The notes beneath the pieces were generated by a model. The model was not told where the DNA came from and made no database searches. It saw only the letters and a list, made by a program, of their open reading frames with translations. Shown here piece after piece: positions 34,646 through 42,411 of a stretch of 42,630 nucleotides of DNA (positions are counted from its first letter, which is position 1; every line of letters starts with the position of its first letter). The DNA is taken from NCBI GenBank assembly GCA_025924655.1, contig JAICHZ010000001.1, forward strand, positions 1 to 42,630. The letters run 5' to 3'. Made by a program: the position numbers and the translations under genes. The stretch comes from Pseudonocardiaceae bacterium (GTDB taxonomy: Bacteria; Actinomycetota; Actinomycetes; Mycobacteriales; Pseudonocardiaceae).

Positions 34646-35616
34646 GACACGGCTCCAAGCGAAGTGGAGGCGGCGACGATGCGGGTGCCCACCGCGGCAC
34701 CGCCGGGGGCCGGGTCGAGCGAGCGGGCGGCACGTTCGGAGTTGGTGATCACAGCGGTGCGACCGCCCGCCCGGACGAACTCGATCGCGGCTCGAACCTT
34801 GGGTCCCATGCTGCCGTCCGGGAACTGGTCGTCCTCAAGGTGGAGCTGTGCCTCGTCGGCGGTCATGGCGGTAATCGGGCGGGCGTCCGGGGTGCCGTAG
34901 TCAAGCATCACCTGCTCCACGTCCGTGACCATGACCAGCGCGTCGACGCCCAGCGCAGTGGCCAGCCGCTGGGCGGCAAGATCTTTGTCCACGACGGCGT
35001 CCACGCCGCGGTAGGCGTGCCCGTCTTCGACCACCGGCACCCCTCCGCCACCAGCCGCCACTACCAGCGCACCACGCTCGACCAGTGCGGTGATCACCTC
35101 GAGCTCGAGGAATCGCAGCGGGCGCGGCGAGGCGACCATCCGGCGGTAGCCCCGTTCGGCGTCCGGGGCCACTGTCCAGTTCCGCTCAGCGGCCAGCCGC
35201 CGCGCCTCCTCCTCACCAAAAAACGGCCCGATCGGTTTCGTGGGGTGAACGAAGGCCGGGTCGTCGGCCGCAACCACGACATGGGTCACCACGCTCACCA
35301 CGGCGGGCAGCCGTCCGCCGCAGGCGTCGTGCAGCGCCAGGGTGAGCAGGCTGCCCAGTTGGCCCTCAGTCATCGCGCCCAGGCAGAACAGTGGTTGCAC
35401 CGGCACGGTCTCGCGTGCCGCGTCCTGCTGGATGGACAGGCAGCCGACCTGCGGCCCGTTGCCGTGCACCACGATGACCCTCCACCCGGCGTCACGCAGC
35501 GCGCATACGGTGTGCGCCATCGCTCGGGCATTGGCCGCCTGCTCGGCGTGCGTGCCGGCTTGGTCGACCCGGGTGATCGCGTTACCGCCCAGGGCGACGA
35601 CGGCGGTTCGGGGCAT
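34642..35616 (-). CDS. arcC: carbamate kinase
   Basis: VVALGGNAI, VVHGNGPQVG, VVAAGGGGVPV and a VVDKDLAAQ-type motif are present. The start is taken at Met10 (35616), with GGGAG 10 nt upstream. An alternative start is 35643. Confidence 0.9.
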   Translation of the reverse strand: MPRTAVVALGGNAITRVDQAGTHAEQAANARAMAHTVCALRDAGWRVIVVHGNGPQVGCLSIQQDAARETVPVQPLFCLGAMTEGQLGSLLTLALHDACGGRLPAVVSVVTHVVVAADDPAFVHPTKPIGPFFGEEEARRLAAERNWTVAPDAERGYRRMVASPRPLRFLELEVITALVERGALVVAAGGGGVPVVEDGHAYRGVDAVVDKDLAAQRLATALGVDALVMVTDVEQVMLDYGTPDARPITAMTADEAQLHLEDDQFPDGSMGPKVRAAIEFVRAGGRTAVITNSERAARSLDPAPGGAAVGTRIVAASTSLGAVS

Positions 35617-35660
35617 CTGGTTCGCGCTCCCGTCGATATGCATTATGAGAAGCGACGTAC

Positions 35661-35668
35661 ACTATAGT
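35661..35668. promoter_or_regulatory. AT-rich 8-bp palindrome ACTATAGT in the divergent carbamate-kinase / radical-SAM-operon intergenic region
   Basis: It is a perfect palindrome that also contains TATAGT, a good -10 hexamer, readable on both strands. It sits in an otherwise GC-rich ~95-bp divergent gap. Confidence 0.3.
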
Positions 35669-35710
35669 AGAAGAAACCGTGGTGACCATGCGACGACTTC
35701 GGGGTAGTGA

Positions 35711-36340
35711 TTGACCGGACTGGACGCGGAGCGGGACGACGCCCTGCGCCGGGCACGGGCCCGGTGGCGGGCCGCCGAGGACCGACTGTTCCCGGTGGTG
35801 CTCGTCGACCCGGACACCTACCGGCGGGCGTTGTATGTCGTGGGCCTGCTTCTCGAGCAGCTGCGGGCGAATACCACTTCTCTCGACCAGCTGCTCGGCT
35901 TGGACGTCGACCCTGCGCCGTTGCTCTCGACACTGCCGGCCGGCTCCGTGTGTGACGACGGGGACCGGCTGACGCTGGAGGCGGCGTTTGCGGTACGGGA
36001 CAGGGAGCTCGCAGCGGCCGCTAAGCGCGGCCAACGAGCTGCGGCCATCGCGTTGGCGCACGCCGCCGGCGCGACCTGGGTGGACCTCGAGGGATCTTGG
36101 GAAGCTGTCCTGAGCACCGGGGGGCGGCACACCGAGATGCATTTGCCCACCGCCCGGGCGTTGGTCGCCACGATCGATCCCTACTCCGGAGATGGCCCGC
36201 ACCGGCTGGAGCTGGTCGTGCTGGACGGCGACACCGGCACACCAGTCGAGACGACCGACCGCGACCGGGCCTTTGCTGACCGGGCGGAGTGGCTGGCGCA
36301 GCGGCAGCGGTGGCGCGCGGATATCGAGGAAGGTAGGTAG
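35711..36340 (+). CDS. hypothetical protein leading the radical SAM / GNAT operon
   Basis: This 209-aa ORF has a TTG start and ends 2 nt before the radical SAM ATG. I recognise no motif. Confidence 0.6.
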   Translation: MTGLDAERDDALRRARARWRAAEDRLFPVVLVDPDTYRRALYVVGLLLEQLRANTTSLDQLLGLDVDPAPLLSTLPAGSVCDDGDRLTLEAAFAVRDRELAAAAKRGQRAAAIALAHAAGATWVDLEGSWEAVLSTGGRHTEMHLPTARALVATIDPYSGDGPHRLELVVLDGDTGTPVETTDRDRAFADRAEWLAQRQRWRADIEEGR

Positions 36341-36342
36341 AT

Positions 36343-37446
36343 ATGACCGGTCCAGCCGCGGTCGCTTCGTTAATCATGGATTTGCAGAGCCTCGGGCTGC
36401 GGGTGGAGGCGCCCATCGAGATTCGCCGCGGCGGAGCGGGTCCCACGGACTCTGGAATGCTGTGGATCGAGGGCGTGCCGGTCACCGTCCCCAGCCAGCC
36501 CGAGTCCCCCTACGTGCTCAAGGCTGAGGACGACGGACACGGCATCTACCGTGATGGGCGCAAGATGGCTTCGGCCGCCGCCAGCCGCCGGCCCCGGTTC
36601 TACGACCTGACCACAGCCGATGGCATTCCCTACTGGAAGATCGCGCTGCTGCACCTGGACTCGCTGGCCAGCACTGTTGTGCAGACGTGCAACTACTGGG
36701 GTAACTCCGACCAGTGCGGGTTCTGCGGTATCGGGCTGTCGCTGGGCGCTGGGCGCACGATTGTGAAGAAAACCCCGGCCCAGCTCGCCGAGGTGGCAGT
36801 CGCCGCTCGGAACCTCGATGGGGCGGTGGACGTCACCCTGACCACCGGCAGCTCAGCCGCCCCGGACCGTGGTGCGCGCTACGTCGCGCAGTGCGGGCAC
36901 GCGGTCAAGCAGGCCTCTGGGCTGCCCGTCCAGGTGCAGTTCGAGCCGCCACGCGACCTTGCGGTGCTTCAGGAAGTCGCCGACCTGGGCATCGACGCGG
37001 TGGGCATCCACGTCGAGTCCTTCGATCCCGAAGTGCTGGCCACGGTGGCACCAGGCAAGGCGCGCACCGGCATCGAGACCTACTTCCGCACCTGGGAGCG
37101 GGCGGTGGCACTGTTCGGTGCGGGCCGGGTGTCCACCTACGTCATCCTCGGCATGGGCGAGGATCCCGAGGTCACCGTCGAGGGGTGCCGGCGCGCCATC
37201 GACATCGGCGTTTACCCGTTCGTTGTCCCACTGCGGCCGGTGGCGGGCAGTCTGATGGCCGACGTGCCAGCGCCGGTCCGCACCTACACCGAGCCGATCT
37301 ACCGCAAGGTCGCCGCACACCTGGCGCTGCGTGGGATGAGCGCCGACGACGCCGGCGCCGGTTGTGCCCGCTGCCAGGCCTGCTCGGCGATGAACACCGT
37401 GCAGCCGCTGCTGCAGATCGGCCGCCGGCCAGAGGAGACCGCATGA
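36343..37446 (+). CDS. radical SAM protein, plausibly MSMEG_0568 family
   Basis: The Cys triad CNYWGNSDQCGFCG (36688-36726) is followed by a TIM-barrel-like pattern (VDVTLTTG, IDAVGIHVESFD, YVILGMGE). It is translationally coupled to the downstream GNAT, as in Nit1C-type clusters. Confidence 0.8.
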   Translation: MTGPAAVASLIMDLQSLGLRVEAPIEIRRGGAGPTDSGMLWIEGVPVTVPSQPESPYVLKAEDDGHGIYRDGRKMASAAASRRPRFYDLTTADGIPYWKIALLHLDSLASTVVQTCNYWGNSDQCGFCGIGLSLGAGRTIVKKTPAQLAEVAVAARNLDGAVDVTLTTGSSAAPDRGARYVAQCGHAVKQASGLPVQVQFEPPRDLAVLQEVADLGIDAVGIHVESFDPEVLATVAPGKARTGIETYFRTWERAVALFGAGRVSTYVILGMGEDPEVTVEGCRRAIDIGVYPFVVPLRPVAGSLMADVPAPVRTYTEPIYRKVAAHLALRGMSADDAGAGCARCQACSAMNTVQPLLQIGRRPEETA

Positions 37447-37916
37447 CCCCACTGCGGCCGTCGGCCGACCTGCTGTCCTGCCGGCTGGTTGCCGGGCCGG
37501 ACGAGCTGGCGCGCCACCACTGGATCCGGCACGAGACATTCGTCCGCGAGCAGCAGGTGTTCGCCGGGTCCGATGTGGACGCCCACGATGCTCGCGAGGA
37601 CGTGATGCATGTGGTCGGCTACTGCGGGGGGGTGCCGGCTGGCACCGTACGGCTCTACCCGCTCGACGAATCCGGGCGCACCTGGCAGGGTGACCGGCTC
37701 GCCGTGCTGCCGGAGTTCCGGCACGTCGGGCTGGGCGCGCCGCTGGTGCGCTTCGCGGTGGCCACCGCCGGCCGGCTGGGCGGGGTCTCGATGCACGCGC
37801 ACGTGCAAGTCGCCAATGAGCGGTTCTTCACCCGGCTCGGCTGGATCCGGCAAGGCGACGTCGAACTCTACGTCGGTCGGCCGCACCTACTCATGACCAT
37901 CGCCCTGGCCTCTTGA
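37443..37916 (+). CDS. GNAT N-acetyltransferase, plausibly MSMEG_0567/Sll0786 family
   Basis: An ATGA overlap links it to the radical SAM stop. The GNAT core is GDRLAVLPEFRHVGLGAPLVRFAV...ANERFFTRLGW. Confidence 0.85.
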   Translation: MTPLRPSADLLSCRLVAGPDELARHHWIRHETFVREQQVFAGSDVDAHDAREDVMHVVGYCGGVPAGTVRLYPLDESGRTWQGDRLAVLPEFRHVGLGAPLVRFAVATAGRLGGVSMHAHVQVANERFFTRLGWIRQGDVELYVGRPHLLMTIALAS

Positions 37917-40900
37917 CGCGACCGTTCGCTTTATCGCGGCAGAGCCGGCCGCTGGCCAGGAACCTCGCGCGGACCTCGGGTGCCAGTGAGGTGGTGATCC
38001 GATCCAGCGCCGCCTTGCTGGCATCCGGGTGTCCGACCTGGGCGAGCAGCAGATCCGAGCCGGTCTGCGCCGCGATGGTCGCCGCCTCCGGGTAGCGGCC
38101 CAGATGCCATAGCGCCAACGACTCGTACTTCGTCGACGAGTAGCGCCGGGCGTGCGCCAGCAGCGCCTCGGCTTGGGCTGGCTCGAAGCGGGCCCGCATC
38201 TCCAGCAGCCGCATCGCCGCCCGCGGCCGGAACGGCAGCGACTGGTCGAGCATCGGGGCGGCCGCCTCCACCCGCGCCCCGGCGTCGTCGACGCGGCCGT
38301 CGAGCAGATCGCAGTCGGCCAGCGCGAGCAGCGCGTGTAGCTCCTGCTCCAGCTCCAGCGCGCCGCCGCCGCTGTGCGCCAGTTCCACCGCGCGCTGGGC
38401 GTGCTCACGCGCTTGCCCGACGTCGCCCAGCTCGAGCAACAGCCACGCCGTGGTCGTGTCGATCCCGGCCCGGTAGAAGCTCACCCCGTACTCGTCGATC
38501 ATGCGCCGGGCCCGGCCCAGCGAGCGCAGTGCGCCCTCGAAGTCGCCGACGTCGCCCCGGGCCAGTCCGATGAAAAACAGCGTCTGCAGCAGCGGGCGGA
38601 ACTGTCCGGTCGTCCGGCACAGCACCGCTGCGCGCTCCAGTACAGCGCGGGCCTCGGCGAAGCGGTCCATGTGCTGCAACAGCGCGCCGCGGTAGGCCAG
38701 GGCCACCGCTGCTGTGGTGTCGCCGGCGTCGGCGACCACCTGCGCGTAGGCCGACGCAGCGCCGGAGTAGTCGCCGTCCCAATGCCGCACCCGACCGACG
38801 AGTAACAGCGAGCTAGGCAGTGCGCCGGGCGCGGCGGCAGCCGACTCGGCGAGCGCCCTGGCCCTGGAGGCGAGGTCGACCGCGCCCAACGCGTCGCGGG
38901 CATACAGCGCGGTCCAGCCGAGCTGCTCCAGCACACGAGCCTCGAGCAGCTCGTCGCCGACGTCGCGCGCGATGCCCAGCGCCACCTCTAGGTCGTCGCG
39001 AGCATCGCCGTGCCGGCCAAGGTCGGTGCGGATCTCACCACGACGCATGAGCACCGTGGCCACCAGTATTCGCTCGCTGGAGCGCTGCGCGACGCTCAGC
39101 GCCTCGTCGAGCAGCCGTTCGGCCTCCAGGTTGGCGAAGACCAGGTGCGCGGCGTGCGCCGCGAGCAGCCAGGCTCTCGCCGCCGCGGCGTAGTCCTGCG
39201 CGGCGGCGAGCTGGCGGGCGGCCGCCTCCGGGCGGCCCTCGAACAGCCTGGCGGCCCGGCGATGCCGGCTGACCCGCACCGGCAGCGGCGTGGAGTTGTA
39301 GGCAACCTGCCGCACCACGTCGTTGGCGAAGCGAAAGGTATCCCCGCGCACCACGAGCAACCCGGCGCGTAGTGCCCGTCCGGCGCGGCGGGCGCACTCC
39401 TCGACGTTGATCCCGGACAGCGCGGCAACCTCATCCAGCAGGAACGCCGACCCGAGCACCGAGCCCTGTTGCAGCAGCACCTCAACGTCGTCACCAGCCC
39501 GAACAAACCGCTCGGTGACCGCCTCGTGCAGCGAGCCGGGAATTCCCAGCCCCATCGTCCCGCCGGGCCGGTGGCGCAGCAGCTCGGTGACGAACAGCGG
39601 TGAGCCACCGGTCCACTCATGCAGCTGCGACAGGTCGTAGGGCAGCCCGGAGCGTTCCAGCAGGATGCCGACGGCCTGCTCGGACAGCGGACCGAGCTCG
39701 ATGCAATCGGCCAGGTCGCGCAGCGAGGCGAGCGCGTCGTCGTGCTCGGAGGTGCGCTCGAGGACGAGCGTTAGCACTCGGCTGGTGGCCAGCCGGGCAG
39801 CCAGCACATGCAGTGCCTCCACTGTGGACTGTCCGGCATGCTGGCCATCCTCGATTACCAGGAGCAGAGGCCGACGCTCGGCGAGCCGGTCGAGGAATGC
39901 AGCCAGGGCCTCCAGGCTGCGGAGATGCTCCAGCTCCGGCGCGGCGCGCTGGTAGTGCACGCCGCCGGTGGACTGCGCCATCTCCGGAACCAGCTCGAGC
40001 AGGGTGCCCAGCCAGTCGCCGGCCAGCTCGCGCAGCACGGCGGGCCGGTGCAGTGCGACGACCGCCCGCACCGCGGCCACCAGGGGCTGTAGGTAGAGCG
40101 AGCGCTCGGCCTCGAAGCAGCCGCTGGTAAGCACCAGCCCGCCGGTCTGGCGCACCCGAGCGGCGAGCGCTGCGGCTAGGCTGCTCTTGCCGATGCCGGC
40201 TTCGCCGAGCACCAGCGCGGTGGCGCCCCCACCTCCGGCCGCCCGGGACCACAGCGCTAGCAGCTGCTCCAGCTCGGCGTCGCGCCCGACCAGGTCGGAG
40301 TGCGATGCAGGCGCCTCCGCGGCTAGCAGACTGGCGCCGTAGCCAGGCGGGTCGGCGCGCAGCACGGAGAGGAACACCGCGCGGGTCGCCTCAGATGGGT
40401 CGGCGCCAAGCGCCTCGGCCAGCGCGGATCGAAGGGCGTGGTAGGCGGCCAGCGCCGCCCCGGGCGCCCCAGCGCGTTGGTGCCCGACCATCACCGCGCG
40501 GCAAGCCTCCTCATCGAGCGGGTCTGCGGCCAATGCGGTGCCGGCGACCTCGACGGCAGTGCGGTACTCGCCCAGCTCCAGGGCTGCCCGCCAACGGCAG
40601 CCCCGGGCCCGGCGCAGCTGGGCGACTGCGAGCCGGCGCAGATCCCCGGCCCACGGCAAGTCGACCTCGTCGACCAGCGGTGGCGCCGCAGCGAGCAGCT
40701 TTTCGGCCTGCTCGGCCCCGACCGCGGCCAGCGCATATTGCGCGTGTGCCAGCTCGCGCTCAGCGTTGGCCACAAGCTCCTCGGCCTCGAACAAGTCGAC
40801 AACCGTGCTGCCGTCGAGCACCAGCCGGTAGGCGAATGGACCGCCCTCGATCCTGGCTCGGCCCAGTGACCGGCGTAGCCGGCTGACCAGCACCGCGACG

Positions 40901-41094
40901 TTGCGGTCGGCCCGGTCCGGCGGGTGATCGTGCCACAGCGCGTCTACCAGGGCCTGCACCGGGACCGGCTGGCCGTGCTTGGCGGCGAGCACCTTGAGCA
41001 CCTGCTCGGCCTTGCCAGTCGGCGCGGGGCCGTCGAGATCGCCCTCAACACCGAAGCGTCCCAGCAGCCTCAGCCGTACCCGGCCCGGTTCCAC
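37891..41094 (-). CDS. SARP/AfsR-like regulator: winged-helix plus BTAD, AAA/NB-ARC-like ATPase, TPR
   Basis: It has a GTG start. RLRLLGRFGVE...VLVSRLRRSLG is the OmpR-type DNA-binding domain. The BTAD is EEACRAVMVGHQRAGAPGAALAAYHALRSALAEALGADPS. The Walker A motif is GEAGIGKSSL, and a long Ala/Leu-rich TPR-like C-terminus follows. No LuxR HTH is present. Confidence 0.85.
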   Translation of the reverse strand: MEPGRVRLRLLGRFGVEGDLDGPAPTGKAEQVLKVLAAKHGQPVPVQALVDALWHDHPPDRADRNVAVLVSRLRRSLGRARIEGGPFAYRLVLDGSTVVDLFEAEELVANAERELAHAQYALAAVGAEQAEKLLAAAPPLVDEVDLPWAGDLRRLAVAQLRRARGCRWRAALELGEYRTAVEVAGTALAADPLDEEACRAVMVGHQRAGAPGAALAAYHALRSALAEALGADPSEATRAVFLSVLRADPPGYGASLLAAEAPASHSDLVGRDAELEQLLALWSRAAGGGGATALVLGEAGIGKSSLAAALAARVRQTGGLVLTSGCFEAERSLYLQPLVAAVRAVVALHRPAVLRELAGDWLGTLLELVPEMAQSTGGVHYQRAAPELEHLRSLEALAAFLDRLAERRPLLLVIEDGQHAGQSTVEALHVLAARLATSRVLTLVLERTSEHDDALASLRDLADCIELGPLSEQAVGILLERSGLPYDLSQLHEWTGGSPLFVTELLRHRPGGTMGLGIPGSLHEAVTERFVRAGDDVEVLLQQGSVLGSAFLLDEVAALSGINVEECARRAGRALRAGLLVVRGDTFRFANDVVRQVAYNSTPLPVRVSRHRRAARLFEGRPEAAARQLAAAQDYAAAARAWLLAAHAAHLVFANLEAERLLDEALSVAQRSSERILVATVLMRRGEIRTDLGRHGDARDDLEVALGIARDVGDELLEARVLEQLGWTALYARDALGAVDLASRARALAESAAAAPGALPSSLLLVGRVRHWDGDYSGAASAYAQVVADAGDTTAAVALAYRGALLQHMDRFAEARAVLERAAVLCRTTGQFRPLLQTLFFIGLARGDVGDFEGALRSLGRARRMIDEYGVSFYRAGIDTTTAWLLLELGDVGQAREHAQRAVELAHSGGGALELEQELHALLALADCDLLDGRVDDAGARVEAAAPMLDQSLPFRPRAAMRLLEMRARFEPAQAEALLAHARRYSSTKYESLALWHLGRYPEAATIAAQTGSDLLLAQVGHPDASKAALDRITTSLAPEVRARFLASGRLCRDKANGRVKRPGRWS

Positions 41095-41593
41095 CTACGG
41101 ACTGTACCGCCGCCGTCGACGTAGATCTTGTCCGTGACGTCCCCGGAGCCAGGCCAGCATGCGCATGCCGTCGCGCTCATCGCACGCAGCCTGACTCCTT
41201 TTGACCAGGATGTAGCCATGGTCCGCTGGCTTCCTGAGCCCGTGGGCACCGACCGCCAGCAGCTTGGCGTCCGCGTGGTGTAGCTCGGCGGCCCGACGGC
41301 TGGGGACCGCCCACTGAAGAACCATGAATGAGTAGCCCCGTGAAGCTGCCGGGTCGGGGGTCCGACAGCCCCACGGGGCTACTTGTCCTTATCGCAGCGA
41401 ATTATCGCGGTGTTGCAGATCTTCCGATGTTTCACTAATGAGTATGAACGCACCGCCCCGTAGATACGCAGAGCAACCGTTGCCGCAGCAGCGACCGCGA
41501 GATCTTCCAGGTGCCGTGGTTCATTCGGGACGAGCGAACGGGGCAGGCGCAGCGACCAGTAGCGGCCGAGCCCCGGGAGTACAATCGGCGCCC

Positions 41594-41830
41594 ATGACAG
41601 CGTCGAACGCAGAGGGTCAGCGGGTGGTCCTGGGCCGGCGTGACAAGTTCAACACGATGGTGCCGTTTCACTGGTCCGACGAGGCGCCGCCCGATCTCAA
41701 CGACGTGGAATGGGCCGAGGAGCTGGGCGCCAGGTGGGAGGGCGACGAGCTGGTCACCTACGACTACCCGTCGCTCATCGGCCTCCTAGAGTATTACGAG
41801 AAGGGCGCTTACCTGCCGGACAACGACTGA
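41594..41830 (+). CDS. small hypothetical protein (78 aa)
   Basis: This is the internal Met53 of ORF 41438..41830, chosen because TACAAT lies ~10 nt upstream (possible leaderless or short-leader start). The acidic product has no motif I recognise. Confidence 0.35.
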   Translation: MTASNAEGQRVVLGRRDKFNTMVPFHWSDEAPPDLNDVEWAEELGARWEGDELVTYDYPSLIGLLEYYEKGAYLPDND

Positions 41831-41982
41831 TACGCTCCGTCGCCGTCCTGCTCGTGGTCCCCGCCGGCCTGTGCGGACTCGTGGTAGTTGGCGCAGAAGG
41901 TTGAAGACAGTGTCGCACCGCGCTCGCTGGACGTACTATCAAATTTCGTTAAATCTCGGCCTGTCGATCGGAGGGCCGTCCG

Positions 41983-42411
41983 ATGCGGATAGCAAATGTA
42001 CTTCGCGCCAAGGGATCGGTGGTCGCAACTGTTCCCCCGGACGCGCCGGTCGCCGTTATGCTCGCCCAAATGGCTAAGCACCGTGTCGGGGCCGTGGTTG
42101 TCGTCGACGACGGTGCGGTGGTGGGTATGGTCTGGGAGCGAGACGTCATCCGCCTCTTGCACGAACGCGGAGCTTCGCTCGTTCAGACCCCGATCTTGGA
42201 GATCATGAACGTCGACGTGATCAGCTGCATGCCTACCGATGAGGTGGACGGCGTCCTACGGATCATGACCGACCGGCGGATCCGGCACCTGCCAGTGATG
42301 GTCGGCGATAAGCTCAGCGGTATTGTCAGCATGGGCGATCTGGTCAAGGCGCGAATCGACGAGCTGGAGACCAATCGGGCATACCTGCAGTCCTACATCG
42401 GCGCTGGCTGA
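41983..42411 (+). CDS. CBS-domain pair protein (Hrp1-like)
   Basis: The 142-aa protein has two CBS repeats (HRVGAVVVVDDGAVVGMVWERDVIR and RRIRHLPVMVGDKLSGIVSMGDLVK). Confidence 0.9.
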   Translation: MRIANVLRAKGSVVATVPPDAPVAVMLAQMAKHRVGAVVVVDDGAVVGMVWERDVIRLLHERGASLVQTPILEIMNVDVISCMPTDEVDGVLRIMTDRRIRHLPVMVGDKLSGIVSMGDLVKARIDELETNRAYLQSYIGAG

